Shown: piece by piece, positions 1 to 9,111 of the stretch | How positions within the stretch are numbered: the first letter of the stretch is position 1 | How the letters are laid out: every line of letters starts with the position of its first letter | Notes under the pieces: model-generated | Databases searched by the model: none | The model's input: the letters and a program-made list of their open reading frames with translations, nothing else | Told to the model about the DNA's origin: nothing | Assembly: GCA_028286725.1 (NCBI GenBank) | Contig: JAQBQZ010000014.1 | Location: 5,051 to 69,050 of the forward strand | Direction: 5' to 3' | Source: Candidatus Tayloriibacteriota bacterium | Lineage (GTDB): Bacteria; Patescibacteriota; Minisyncoccia; Phycocordibacterales; CAIRYW01 | DNA: 64,000 nt | Position numbers and translations under genes: made by a program

Positions 1-150
1 ATAGGAACCAAGTTCAATATTGGCGGTAAAGAATTCAAATTCTATTTTACCGCTTTTTAGATCCTCTTTTCTGAACCGTGTAAGATTACTCTTTAGTTTT
101 TCAACAAGAGCTGATTCAAGAGGTATTAATAATTTGATAGTATCTATCAT
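1..150 (-). CDS. Phage/plasmid rolling-circle replication initiator-like protein, N-terminal part (runs off the window)
   Basis: ATG at 150 opens MIDTIKLLIPLESALVEKLKSNLTRFRKEDLKSGKIEFEFFTANIELGSY. An MIDTIKL start is typical of gene II/X-type Rep proteins, and an origin-like palindrome lies just upstream. Confidence 0.55.
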   Translation of the reverse strand, partial: MIDTIKLLIPLESALVEKLKSNLTRFRKEDLKSGKIEFEFFTANIELGSY

Positions 151-158
151 GTTGCAAA

Positions 159-398
159 TTACAACGTTCCCAAGGTGTTACTAACACCTTGGTCACTATT
201 ACCACTTTTGGAACGCGAAGCGAGTCCGTCCGCCCCTAATGGGGCAGGACCGGACTCGCTATCCGCAAATGCCAAAAATAATCCTGAAAGACCATTCAGG
301 TATTCATTGGCTGTTTCTTCAGAAATGTCTAAACCATCCTCCTCTTTGAAGCATTTGATAGTTCGATCTATTAATTTTTTGCTGAATAAAAAAAGCAC
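159..398 (-). CDS. Small hypothetical protein of the integrated element
   Basis: 79-aa ORF directly upstream of and co-oriented with the Rep-like gene. Confidence 0.5.
   Translation of the reverse strand: MLFLFSKKLIDRTIKCFKEEDGLDISEETANEYLNGLSGLFLAFADSESGPAPLGADGLASRSKSGNSDQGVSNTLGTL
170..259. other. Candidate rolling-circle origin: two hairpins
   Basis: CCAAGGTGTTA-C-TAACACCTTGG (170-192) and the GC-rich stem GCGAGTCCG..GCCCC-TAAT-GGGGC..CGGACTCGC (220-259). Confidence 0.4.
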
Positions 399-600
399 CT
401 ACTTTAAATAGGTACAGATTAAAGTCATAAAAAGACAAAACAGTGACTGATCAGGGTTTACTGATCGTTGCTTTGCTCTTTAGACTCTCTTAGATTTGTT
501 ATTCGGCAATGTTCGCCTTGAATTATATTAGGCGAGAGTGAGACTGTCTGTACTGCTATAAGTCTGTTCCATTTCAATAATTCTGTCAACTCATATCTTG

Positions 601-609
601 TGTTATAAT
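601..609 (+). promoter_or_regulatory. Extended -10 promoter
   Basis: TGTTATAAT immediately before the structured RNA. Confidence 0.6.
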
Positions 610-614
610 TTTGG

Positions 615-766
615 CACAACCGAATAAGCGCCTAACCCGTTAGTTTTCTAACGGTATGGCAACAAGTCAGGACATGAATAAAGAACCCATCATAGGGGTC
701 GCATGTCCTGCCGTGTGGGGAAACCTGCACGAGTAGCTTCGGCTACTACCTTGTGGTGGGCTTTTT
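615..766 (+). ncRNA. Unassigned multi-stem structured RNA or leader
   Basis: Stems 637-654, 668-710, 712-731 (GAAA loop) and 732-747 (UUCG loop), closed by ACAAG/CTTGT and followed by a U-tract. Confidence 0.6.
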
Positions 767-793
767 GCGTTGTTTAATTTAATTCATACAATT

Positions 794-1390
794 ATGAAAG
801 TAACAAAAGTTGAGGGGTTTCTCATCCTTTTAATGATCAGCATACCTTTATTTTTATTATACAAATCGTCACATTATTCTGGTCCAGGTAGTTTTTTAGA
901 AAATCTATATTCAAATATATTTGAAGGTAATTACAAACAAGTTTCTAATGATCTTTTTGATCAGAACAAAGGCTCATTTTCACAGGCACCTCATTATCCT
1001 GATACAGTAATAAAAAATGTAAAAGAAAAATTTACTCTCTGGGATATGGAATATGAAGTAACATCAGTAGAGATTTTTCATCCCGTCTATGACATTCAGA
1101 AGACGACAGGTAAATATATTGGCATAAAAATCAAAGTTACGAATGATGCGAAATCAGATGTTGGAGTAAGCAAAATTTATATTGAAGACAGTAAGGGTAG
1201 GCAATACCAACCAGCAATGATTGGCTATCAGCAGTTAGATGTTGAGGATTATGGCTGGAACAAGATTCAGTCCGGTTTTACAAAGACGCTAGGGGTTATA
1301 TTTGAAATTCCTAAAGATTCAGAGGGATTAAAGCTTGATTACCCAAGCGCGCAAGGTCCTGTAGTTGTAAGTGTAAAACTAGGTCTTTAA
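794..1390 (+). CDS. DUF4352-like membrane-anchored Ig-fold protein
   Basis: N-terminal TM segment; motifs GKYIGIKIKVTN, DSKGRQY and GVIFEIPKD. Confidence 0.65.
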   Translation: MKVTKVEGFLILLMISIPLFLLYKSSHYSGPGSFLENLYSNIFEGNYKQVSNDLFDQNKGSFSQAPHYPDTVIKNVKEKFTLWDMEYEVTSVEIFHPVYDIQKTTGKYIGIKIKVTNDAKSDVGVSKIYIEDSKGRQYQPAMIGYQQLDVEDYGWNKIQSGFTKTLGVIFEIPKDSEGLKLDYPSAQGPVVVSVKLGL

Positions 1391-1412
1391 TTTACTAAAT
1401 AATTTAAATTAT

Positions 1413-1562
1413 ATGTTTAATAATAACTTGGAAAATATATTACTGGTACTTTCTTTTATAATTTTTGGATTTCTCGCTTTGCGTGAAATTTTTACTTGGT
1501 ACTGGAAAATCAATAGAATTATTGAGCTTTTGGAGAAGATAGAAGAGAATACAAGGAAATAG
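1413..1562 (+). CDS. Small membrane protein (49 aa)
   Basis: MFNNNLENILLVLSFIIFGFLALREIFTWYWKINRIIELLEKIEENTRK; below the ORF-track length cutoff. Confidence 0.65.
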   Translation: MFNNNLENILLVLSFIIFGFLALREIFTWYWKINRIIELLEKIEENTRK

Positions 1563-1814
1563 AAACGTATTCCACCATAAAATTACTTTTTTCTTCTCCA
1601 ATTCCACTTACGGTTTAAGCTCATCTTGACAGTTCACTTGTATTGGGTTTATTTTTGTGTCGGGGTAGGCTTTTTGTTGTATATACACTGTATTTTCGAG
1701 ATAAGTTAGAGGTATACTATCATTTAGTAGGGTTTGAAGATTGAAAAACCCACCATCAAGATGATGAATTTTTCGAGTATTTAAATCATGGTATTAATAA
1801 ATTTAAACACAAAT

Positions 1815-2096
1815 ATGATAGATCCAAATAAGATAAACTTAAGTGAATTACCTAAGAAACTTTGTGACGGTGCCATTGGTGCTTTTGGTAAGGAGTATTT
1901 TTCTTTTGTGCTAACATCGGGTAATAATCTTGATTCTTATGCAGCCACACCAAAAATAATGAAAAGTGTATCTGTTTGGATGAGTGCACAAATCCAAAAT
2001 TATGAAAAACAATTTGGAGAAATTGATATGACACCATCGCCAATACAAAGTCCAATTCAAATGGCGGATTTAAAAAAACCTGAAGATAATAAATAG
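1815..2096 (+). CDS. DUF3467-like hypothetical protein
   Basis: C-terminal pattern TPKIMK...IQNYEKQFGEI. Confidence 0.5.
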   Translation: MIDPNKINLSELPKKLCDGAIGAFGKEYFSFVLTSGNNLDSYAATPKIMKSVSVWMSAQIQNYEKQFGEIDMTPSPIQSPIQMADLKKPEDNK

Positions 2097-2100
2097 TATT

Positions 2101-2496
2101 ATGAGCATACAATTAAAGAATCTATATATCTGTGAAACTGCCGTAATTGCATTTAATGGACAATTAAGTGTCATAAACCTGACATCAGAAATAGTTTCTA
2201 GCTCGTTTCCTGCACTATGTCCAAAATTGAGTGTTGTGGTGAATGTTATCGGAGATATTTCGACTTATAGAGAAACTATTGAAATAGTGGACTTAAATAG
2301 TAGCGAAGTTATTGCAAAAATTGATGGTGAAACAGAAATAAAAAATGGGGGTGAGAATAATTTTGTTGGAAACTTTTTGAACACAGTTTTTCCAAGAGAG
2401 GGTAAATATTGGATAAAAGTTTCTATCAATCGGGATAATGTAATTACAGAGCAGATAAATCATAATCATTGTATAGAAGTTAAGAAGTCTAAATAA
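2101..2496 (+). CDS. DUF6941-like beta-sandwich protein
   Basis: ICE..NGQLSVIN near the N-terminus and FPREGKYWIKVSIN near the C-terminus. Confidence 0.5.
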   Translation: MSIQLKNLYICETAVIAFNGQLSVINLTSEIVSSSFPALCPKLSVVVNVIGDISTYRETIEIVDLNSSEVIAKIDGETEIKNGGENNFVGNFLNTVFPREGKYWIKVSINRDNVITEQINHNHCIEVKKSK

Positions 2497-2501
2497 TTTA
2501 T

Positions 2502-2915
2502 ATGGAAATAAGTAACGATCAACAATCAACATCCCCTCAACCAAGTCAGGCGTATTCCATTCCCGAATCAAGTGTAAGTTTTGATTTTTTACAAAGTGAA
2601 ATTAAGAAAATAGCAAAAGAGGCTAAGGATGCAGCCGACACAATTAAAACTGATTTTATAAATTTGGAAAGAAGACAGGACAGAGCTAATAATTTTATGA
2701 TGTGGATGACTGGTATAATCGCTGGTGTTTTTCTTGTGACTGGAGTCTTAATAATGATTGACTATGCATATCATAGAGGAGAGGAATACGATGCTTTCAA
2801 AGTTCAGATGGATTCCTTGAAGGGGGATTATTATAAAAAAGATGAAGTTGATAAATTATTTGAATCTTTTAAAAATTGTATCTGGTTTAATGGTTTGTCT
2901 CATTGCTTAAAATAG
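2502..2915 (+). CDS. Hypothetical single-TM coiled-coil protein
   Basis: ORF with a central hydrophobic helix, in operon-like spacing. Confidence 0.6.
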   Translation: MEISNDQQSTSPQPSQAYSIPESSVSFDFLQSEIKKIAKEAKDAADTIKTDFINLERRQDRANNFMMWMTGIIAGVFLVTGVLIMIDYAYHRGEEYDAFKVQMDSLKGDYYKKDEVDKLFESFKNCIWFNGLSHCLK

Positions 2916-2959
2916 TTCCCACTTCATCCCAGCACCTGCACAAATGATTTTGAATTAAA

Positions 2960-3388
2960 TTAATCGACAAAAACTTTCTTTTTTATTTCATAAAAAATAA
3001 TTGTTGTTATATAAAACAGAATATCTGTGGCGATTTTTCCTGCGATAAGTCCGAGTAAAAGATTTCCTAAAAGAATCGGCATAATATACATAAAAAATGG
3101 GCGGAGGAGTAAATTATCTAAACTTTCTGCTATACCAAATTCAAACACAATATCTCGTGCCGTTTTACATATTTCACCAAATGAAATTTTACCTTTTTTT
3201 GTTTTTAGTTCATGAATAATTACTGCTACATAGTAACCAATATTCTCTGACCATGCGGTAGTAAATGCAATAATGACAGGATTATTGGTTAGATAGTATG
3301 AAACTAGACCACCGACAATGGCTGTGATTGTAGCTACAATCTCAAGAGGTAAGTACCTTGATAACCATTCTTTAAGTTTTTTCTTCAT
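2960..3388 (-). CDS. Hypothetical membrane protein
   Basis: Multi-TM ORF; likely start MKKKLKEW. Confidence 0.65.
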   Translation of the reverse strand: MKKKLKEWLSRYLPLEIVATITAIVGGLVSYYLTNNPVIIAFTTAWSENIGYYVAVIIHELKTKKGKISFGEICKTARDIVFEFGIAESLDNLLLRPFFMYIMPILLGNLLLGLIAGKIATDILFYITTIIFYEIKKKVFVD

Positions 3389-3516
3389 TTTGTTAATTGT
3401 ATCATGGAGAATTAGTGCATGACTCAAAATCGTTCTAACTTCATCTCGATAGATCATGAACTTGCTTCTTAGTGGATATTTTTATCTTCCTAATTTATTC
3501 ATGTTATAATATCCTC

Positions 3517-3741
3517 ATGCTCTCTATTGAGACTCTCCAAAACTTCAATATCTTCAAATACCTCTGGGTAGGGTTTGTTATCTTTTGGATATTTGCAGGC
3601 TGGATGACATTTGCTCTCTTTTATCACTGGATCAAATATTCTCAGCTCAACACGATTCTTTTCCGACTTTTCCAATTCATATTCATCGGTGGAATGGTAT
3701 TCCTTTTCTTCTTATCATTTTTCTTTTTTATTAAGATATAA
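3517..3741 (+). CDS. Small membrane protein
   Basis: Two TM segments with a YHWIKY motif; TATAAT lies 6 nt before the ATG. Confidence 0.6.
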   Translation: MLSIETLQNFNIFKYLWVGFVIFWIFAGWMTFALFYHWIKYSQLNTILFRLFQFIFIGGMVFLFFLSFFFFIKI

Positions 3742-3749
3742 TTTCATAT

Positions 3750-4283
3750 ATGATACCTCTCGAACAAGGTGAATACATTGTCGCAACATTCCGCAAGCAT
3801 TGGTGGAAGATATTTACATGGGGGCTCAGCATGACGGTGCTCGCATTCATTCCTATTATATTTTTGTTTGTATTTATTTATGCTATCCCGCAGGCGAGTC
3901 TCGAGCATTGGACATATATACTCGGGCTTGGATACAGTGTCTGGCTCACAGTACTTTGGATAATGTTTTTTGTTGAATGGACGGACTTCTATCTCGATGT
4001 ATGGGTAGTTACCAATAAGAGAGTGGTTGATATCGATCATGAGGGACTCTTCTCAAGAGAAATATCCGCAGTTCGGCTTGAGGATATTGAAGATACAACG
4101 ACAGAGTCATACGGCATACTTGCAACATTTCTCAAATTTGGCAATGTGTTTATACAGACAGCAGGTTCTCGAAATGAATTCTATCTTCGTGAGGCAAACA
4201 ATCCAGACAAGATCAGACAGACCATCTCTAACCTCATTGATACAGCAAAAAAGTTAAACGAGCATAATCCTCATAACTCTTAA
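3750..4283 (+). CDS. Bacterial PH-domain membrane protein
   Basis: RKHW, WVVTNKRVVD and FGNVFIQTAG motifs. Confidence 0.8.
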   Translation: MIPLEQGEYIVATFRKHWWKIFTWGLSMTVLAFIPIIFLFVFIYAIPQASLEHWTYILGLGYSVWLTVLWIMFFVEWTDFYLDVWVVTNKRVVDIDHEGLFSREISAVRLEDIEDTTTESYGILATFLKFGNVFIQTAGSRNEFYLREANNPDKIRQTISNLIDTAKKLNEHNPHNS

Positions 4284-4304
4284 TAGTATTATTTTTCATA
4301 CAAA

Positions 4305-5042
4305 ATGAAATCATACACAATCACAGATTCATACAAATTCTTGGATGTTAGTCCATTATCAAAAAAATATGTTTTAACAATCCGCGATCTTCCAATTGAA
4401 GACAAGCCTCGAGAAAAGTTTTTGAAGTTAGGCGCGTCATCACTCTCGGCCCAGGAATTGCTTGCGATCATTTTGAATACTGGCACCAAAAAAGAGGGTG
4501 TGCTCGAGATGTCGGGAAGAGTCCTTAAAGAGTATGGAGAGAAAGCTCTCATTATGGGTAAAGTTGATGTGAAGAAATTTGCAACAGACCTCGGTATTCC
4601 TCTCATAAAGGCGACTCAGATCGCAGCCTCAATTGAGCTTGGAAGAAGGTTCTTTGAAAAGAAAAACGCCCAGATGCCAGTCATTCGTACTCCAAAGGAC
4701 ATTTATGAATACTTGGCAGATATGCGAAGCCTTCCAAAGGAACATCTTCGAGGTCTCTATCTCAACTCCCATTACAAACTCATTCATGATGAAGTTATCT
4801 CGATCGGTACGATAGATGCGAATATTATTCATCCGCGAGAAGTATTTCGACCAGCACTTGAATACAGTGCGGTGGCAGTAATACTTGCCCACAATCATCC
4901 AACGGGCAATCCAAAAGCGAGCGAGGCAGATATTGCAGTAACGGCTCAGATCATTGAAGCGGGGAAGATCATGGGCATCAAAGTTCTGGACCATGTTATT
5001 ATTTGTAAGGACAAGTTTGGGAGCGTGCCTGCGGATTATTAA
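4305..5042 (+). CDS. radC: RadC (JAB domain) family protein
   Basis: KPREK...LSAQELLAIIL, HPREVF, HNHPTG and VLDHVII. Confidence 0.93.
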   Translation: MKSYTITDSYKFLDVSPLSKKYVLTIRDLPIEDKPREKFLKLGASSLSAQELLAIILNTGTKKEGVLEMSGRVLKEYGEKALIMGKVDVKKFATDLGIPLIKATQIAASIELGRRFFEKKNAQMPVIRTPKDIYEYLADMRSLPKEHLRGLYLNSHYKLIHDEVISIGTIDANIIHPREVFRPALEYSAVAVILAHNHPTGNPKASEADIAVTAQIIEAGKIMGIKVLDHVIICKDKFGSVPADY

Positions 5043-5059
5043 TTTATTTTAAATACAAC

Positions 5060-5362
5060 ATGAGAAAGAAAACAAAAAAATATCTTTTACTCCCTACAGA
5101 AATCATAATGTCAGAAAACGGAGTGTCTATGTACTCGCTTGTCCGAGAAGGGGATTTTTCTCGAGACCTCACTCAAAAATATCATAATGATGTCAAAGAC
5201 GTCTTGAATCTAAGACTTGAAAAAATGATGAAAGATCATAGCGTGCCTCTAACCGATATCAATAGAGTAAAGGAGCTCATAAGCGAGCTCGTACATACAA
5301 AAGAAATACTTGTTACCTATGATATGGAAAAACCGATGATCCAAAAGATCATGGACAAATAA
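5060..5362 (+). CDS. Hypothetical protein
   Basis: 100-aa ORF following radC. Confidence 0.55.
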   Translation: MRKKTKKYLLLPTEIIMSENGVSMYSLVREGDFSRDLTQKYHNDVKDVLNLRLEKMMKDHSVPLTDINRVKELISELVHTKEILVTYDMEKPMIQKIMDK

Positions 5363-5473
5363 TACTTGTCCTGTTAGAAAAGCGAACCATTTACCAAACC
5401 TAAATCTGTCAAAACATATGAATGCTAAGTATAAAAATTTATTAGAAGCAATTGCTAATCTTTTGTAATTGGG

Positions 5474-6103
5474 ATGGCTATCATCTGGAACAAAGTCACT
5501 TGGTATTCGAAGTTGCTTGCTGTTATTCTCGCGATACTTATTTTTGGTGTCGGACTTTACTTTGGAAGCGAGTTTGAGAAGCTTTCTCTTATTGTTCCTA
5601 ATACTGTTCAACCAGTGATACAGAATGTTAAAACAGATACTTCAGATTGGAAGACATATCAAAATGATAAATACGGTTTCAAGATTAAATACCCAGCGAC
5701 CTATTTTATATTTCAAAGTGCAGATCAAGTAAAGGAAAGCGTGACACCTGTGAGCTCAGATAGTAAGCAAATTTATATAACAGGAAATAAAGATATGTTT
5801 TTTTGCTGCGAGCCCTCGTATGTACTTATTAAAATAGATCCTGAAACCAAAGATTTGGACGTGAGGCTTGAAGAAGAAAAAGCTAAATTAGAGTTAAGAT
5901 CTGTTGATGCTAATGGTATACAAGCGTTGTCTACGAATATTGCGGGTGTAAAAGCATTTAACCTAACAACGCAACCTGTGTATGGTGGAGAACTTCAAGA
6001 ACTTATTTTTGATAAGGGGGGTAATTCATATACCGTTATGACAAACTTTAACGAAAATGAATCATATAAGGAAATAATCAAGAGTCTCGAGCTCACAAAA
6101 TAA
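5474..6103 (+). CDS. Membrane-anchored PsbP-like hypothetical protein
   Basis: WNKVTWYSK plus a TM segment; DWKTYQNDKYGFKIKYP. Confidence 0.7.
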   Translation: MAIIWNKVTWYSKLLAVILAILIFGVGLYFGSEFEKLSLIVPNTVQPVIQNVKTDTSDWKTYQNDKYGFKIKYPATYFIFQSADQVKESVTPVSSDSKQIYITGNKDMFFCCEPSYVLIKIDPETKDLDVRLEEEKAKLELRSVDANGIQALSTNIAGVKAFNLTTQPVYGGELQELIFDKGGNSYTVMTNFNENESYKEIIKSLELTK

Positions 6104-6777
6104 TGTCTCTCTACATCATCGCAACTCCAATAGGCAACCTTGAAGACATCACGCTTCGCGCTATTCGAATTCTTAAAGAAGTGGATTTGGTATTGTGCGA
6201 GGATACTCGTGAGACCCGAAAACTCCTCAATCACTATGAGATCAAAACAATGACACAGAGCTATCATGCGCAGAGCAAGCTCTCAAAGATAGACTCGATC
6301 ATTGCAATGCTTGCTGACGGACGAAATATTGCACTTGTCTCTGATGCGGGGACTCCTGCTGTTTCTGATCCAGGATCGCTTTTGGTCAAAAAAGTTCGTG
6401 AAGAATTGCCAGAGATGCCGATACTTTCTGTACCTGGTCCATCTGCACTTACTTCTGCATTTTCGACGAGCGGGATCGTGGGAGGAGAGTTTACTTTCTT
6501 GGGATTCTTGCCTCACAAAAAGGGAAGAGAGACTTTGTTTAAAGAGATCGCAGCTTCAGAGCGGCCATATATCTTTTATGAATCCCCTCACCGGATCATG
6601 AAGACTCTTGAATCTCTTGTGAAATTTGCGCCAGCACGACAAGTACAGGTAGCAAAAGAGATCACGAAAATATTTGAGCAATATGTGCTTGGTACTCCTG
6701 CAGAAGTTTTGGAGTATTTTACAAAGAATAGTGACAGGGTGAGAGGGGAGTTTGTAGTCATTGTCTATAATAAGTAA
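6103..6777 (+). CDS. rsmI: 16S rRNA (C1402-2'-O)-methyltransferase
   Basis: LYIIATPIGNLEDIT, SDAGTPAVSDPG and FYESPHR. Confidence 0.96.
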   Translation: MSLYIIATPIGNLEDITLRAIRILKEVDLVLCEDTRETRKLLNHYEIKTMTQSYHAQSKLSKIDSIIAMLADGRNIALVSDAGTPAVSDPGSLLVKKVREELPEMPILSVPGPSALTSAFSTSGIVGGEFTFLGFLPHKKGRETLFKEIAASERPYIFYESPHRIMKTLESLVKFAPARQVQVAKEITKIFEQYVLGTPAEVLEYFTKNSDRVRGEFVVIVYNK

Positions 6778-6795
6778 GTATAAAGTATTATGTAT

Positions 6796-6830
6796 AAAAT
6801 GCACGGCGCCTAAAGGGCGCCGTGCATTTT
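6796..6830. terminator. GCAC-family palindrome / bidirectional terminator
   Basis: AAAATGCACGGCGCC-TAAAG-GGCGCCGTGCATTTT. Confidence 0.75.
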
Positions 6831-6864
6831 GAAATAGCCTTAAGAATAGGGTATAATTACCCTT

Positions 6865-7176
6865 ATGAAAATAAACAGACTTCACGCGATCATCGGGTTC
6901 CTTTTGGTCATAATCCCTTTTACTGGCTTTACCCGAGGCTTCAAATATGGTTTTAGTGCCCTTGCTGGAGCTACAATACTCTACTTTGCAATGCGATCTA
7001 TTCACGAAGAGATCATGAAAAAGCATCATCGGCACCGAAAGAATGATTCATTTGTAGAAAACAAGCCAAAAGATAGTCTTAAATCAGAAACAAAGTTTGA
7101 GAAAACTCATTCAGCAACTCCTGCTGAGTCAGATTCATCCCCGCAGAATTTATCTCATATAGCAGATAATAATTAG
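6865..7176 (+). CDS. Hypothetical membrane protein
   Basis: Two TM segments plus a DSFVEN tail. Confidence 0.7.
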   Translation: MKINRLHAIIGFLLVIIPFTGFTRGFKYGFSALAGATILYFAMRSIHEEIMKKHHRHRKNDSFVENKPKDSLKSETKFEKTHSATPAESDSSPQNLSHIADNN

Positions 7177-7261
7177 GTATCACGTTCCAGTTTTAGATAT
7201 ACATCGTGATTTTGTCACGGTGCCAAATCCTCTGCATTAAAATGTGTTAAAATATATTCTT

Positions 7262-9016
7262 ATGACAAACCAAAAACCAAAAACAGTATTTGGACACTAT
7301 AGAAAGGCGTTAGGGAACAAATATGTCCTCGCCTTGCTTTTTGAAGCTGTGATGTTTTCAATCCCTGTCTATATCAACAACATTCTTGCGCCAACTTACT
7401 ATCAGAGAATAGTAGATGCAATATTAAAGGGTGGGACCTACGATACTGTTGTTTATTTTATCTACCTTCTTTTGCTCTTGGGGATTGTCGCCACTATCTT
7501 CGATCGAACTTACGAATATTTTATTGATAAGATAATGACAAAGTCGATCATCAAGATCTCAGACTATTCAATGAATAATCTTACGCAGCATTCGTATCAG
7601 TTCTTTACGAACAATTTTGCAGGATCACTTGTTACAAAGCTCAAGAGATTCGTCTCTTCATTTGATCCGCTTGTTGGATTTATCATTAGTGAATTCTTGT
7701 TTGCGGCTGTGAGTGTTGTCGGGATCTTGTGGGTACTTTTTTTGAACTCACCAACATTGGCGTATACTGCGCTCGTTTGGTTTATTATTTTCTTTTATAC
7801 TCTTGTCTACTCAACAAGAAAACGAATCCCGCTTGAAAGAAAAAAGAGTGAAATGGAATCAAAAGTGACGGGAGTATTGTCAGATATCGTGAGTAATGTG
7901 TTGAATCTTAAGCTTTTCTCATCTCAAAAAGGCGAGAGAAATTATTTTTCTAATGTGTTAGAAGAAGAGGGCAAAGCAAGGTGGGCTTCTTGGTCATTTG
8001 CTAATAAATCATACACAGTACAGGTATTCATTACATTGTTTGCACGAACCTCTCTTATGTTTGTGAGTATTCTGCTCTGGAGTTATGGCGAAGTGTCAGC
8101 TGGAACCATTGTCTTGGTTATTTCTTATGGAGGCACACTCTTCAACAGATTGAGCGGACTTGGGAGTGCTATTAGGCGGTTCTCTGATTCATATGTAAAC
8201 TCAGCTGAATTCGTAGAGATCATAGATACACCAATTGAGATTGTCGATACCGAAAAACCTGAGACACTTCGAATGAAAGAAGGTGAAATTGTTTTTGATA
8301 AAGTTGGTTTCTCATACAAAAGCAGTGCAAAGATATTGAGTGATTTTAATTTAAAGATCAATGCAGGAGAAAGGGTGGGGGTGGTTGGTACATCAGGCGC
8401 AGGGAAGACAACACTCACTAAGATACTTCTTCGTTTCGCAGATGTGACAGAAGGTGCCATCAAGATCGACGGACAGGATATTCGAAATGTTACACAGGAT
8501 GATCTCCGTTCTGTTGTGTCATACGTCCCACAAGATCCAATACTCTTTCACCGATCGCTTGCAGAAAATATTGGATATGGAAGACCGGGCGTATCAGTGG
8601 ATGAAATTATCGATGCTTCAAAAAAGGCTCACGCACATGAATTTATCGAATCACTTTCACACGGCTACGATACGCTCGTCGGCGAGAGGGGTGTGAAGCT
8701 CTCGGGAGGTGAGAGACAGCGAGTGGCGATAGCGCGAGCCATACTCAAGAATGCTCCAATACTTATTCTCGATGAAGCCACAAGTGCGCTCGACTCAGTA
8801 TCAGAGACACATATCAAAGCTGCACTCGAAGTGCTCATGAAAGGAAAGACGACGATCGTTATTGCTCACCGACTTTCAACTATTGAAAAGATGGATCGAA
8901 TCATTGTTATGGAAAAGGGTGAGATTGTAGAAGAAGGAAGTCATAAAGAGCTTGTGGCAAAGAAAGGTGTCTATCAGAATTTCTGGGAGCATCAGTACGG
9001 TGGGTTTATAAAGTAG
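7262..9016 (+). CDS. ABC exporter, fused permease and ATPase
   Basis: GTSGAGKT, LSGGERQR and ILILDEATS; N-terminal TMD. Confidence 0.95.
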   Translation: MTNQKPKTVFGHYRKALGNKYVLALLFEAVMFSIPVYINNILAPTYYQRIVDAILKGGTYDTVVYFIYLLLLLGIVATIFDRTYEYFIDKIMTKSIIKISDYSMNNLTQHSYQFFTNNFAGSLVTKLKRFVSSFDPLVGFIISEFLFAAVSVVGILWVLFLNSPTLAYTALVWFIIFFYTLVYSTRKRIPLERKKSEMESKVTGVLSDIVSNVLNLKLFSSQKGERNYFSNVLEEEGKARWASWSFANKSYTVQVFITLFARTSLMFVSILLWSYGEVSAGTIVLVISYGGTLFNRLSGLGSAIRRFSDSYVNSAEFVEIIDTPIEIVDTEKPETLRMKEGEIVFDKVGFSYKSSAKILSDFNLKINAGERVGVVGTSGAGKTTLTKILLRFADVTEGAIKIDGQDIRNVTQDDLRSVVSYVPQDPILFHRSLAENIGYGRPGVSVDEIIDASKKAHAHEFIESLSHGYDTLVGERGVKLSGGERQRVAIARAILKNAPILILDEATSALDSVSETHIKAALEVLMKGKTTIVIAHRLSTIEKMDRIIVMEKGEIVEEGSHKELVAKKGVYQNFWEHQYGGFIK

Positions 9017-9049
9017 CTTTATAAAGCAAGCTGTTAGTATCTAAAATAC

Positions 9050-9082
9050 AAAACGCACGGCAGCATAGCTGCCGTGCGTTTT
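9050..9082. terminator. GCAC-family palindrome / terminator
   Basis: AAAACGCACGGCAGC-ATA-GCTGCCGTGCGTTTT. Confidence 0.75.
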
Positions 9083-9111
9083 TATAGTAGATACTATATA
9101 CTATTTCCAAT

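Noticed and set aside
4305-5042. radC as a marker of a mobile element
   Set aside because: It is the full-length chromosomal form among housekeeping genes, with no mobility genes adjacent.
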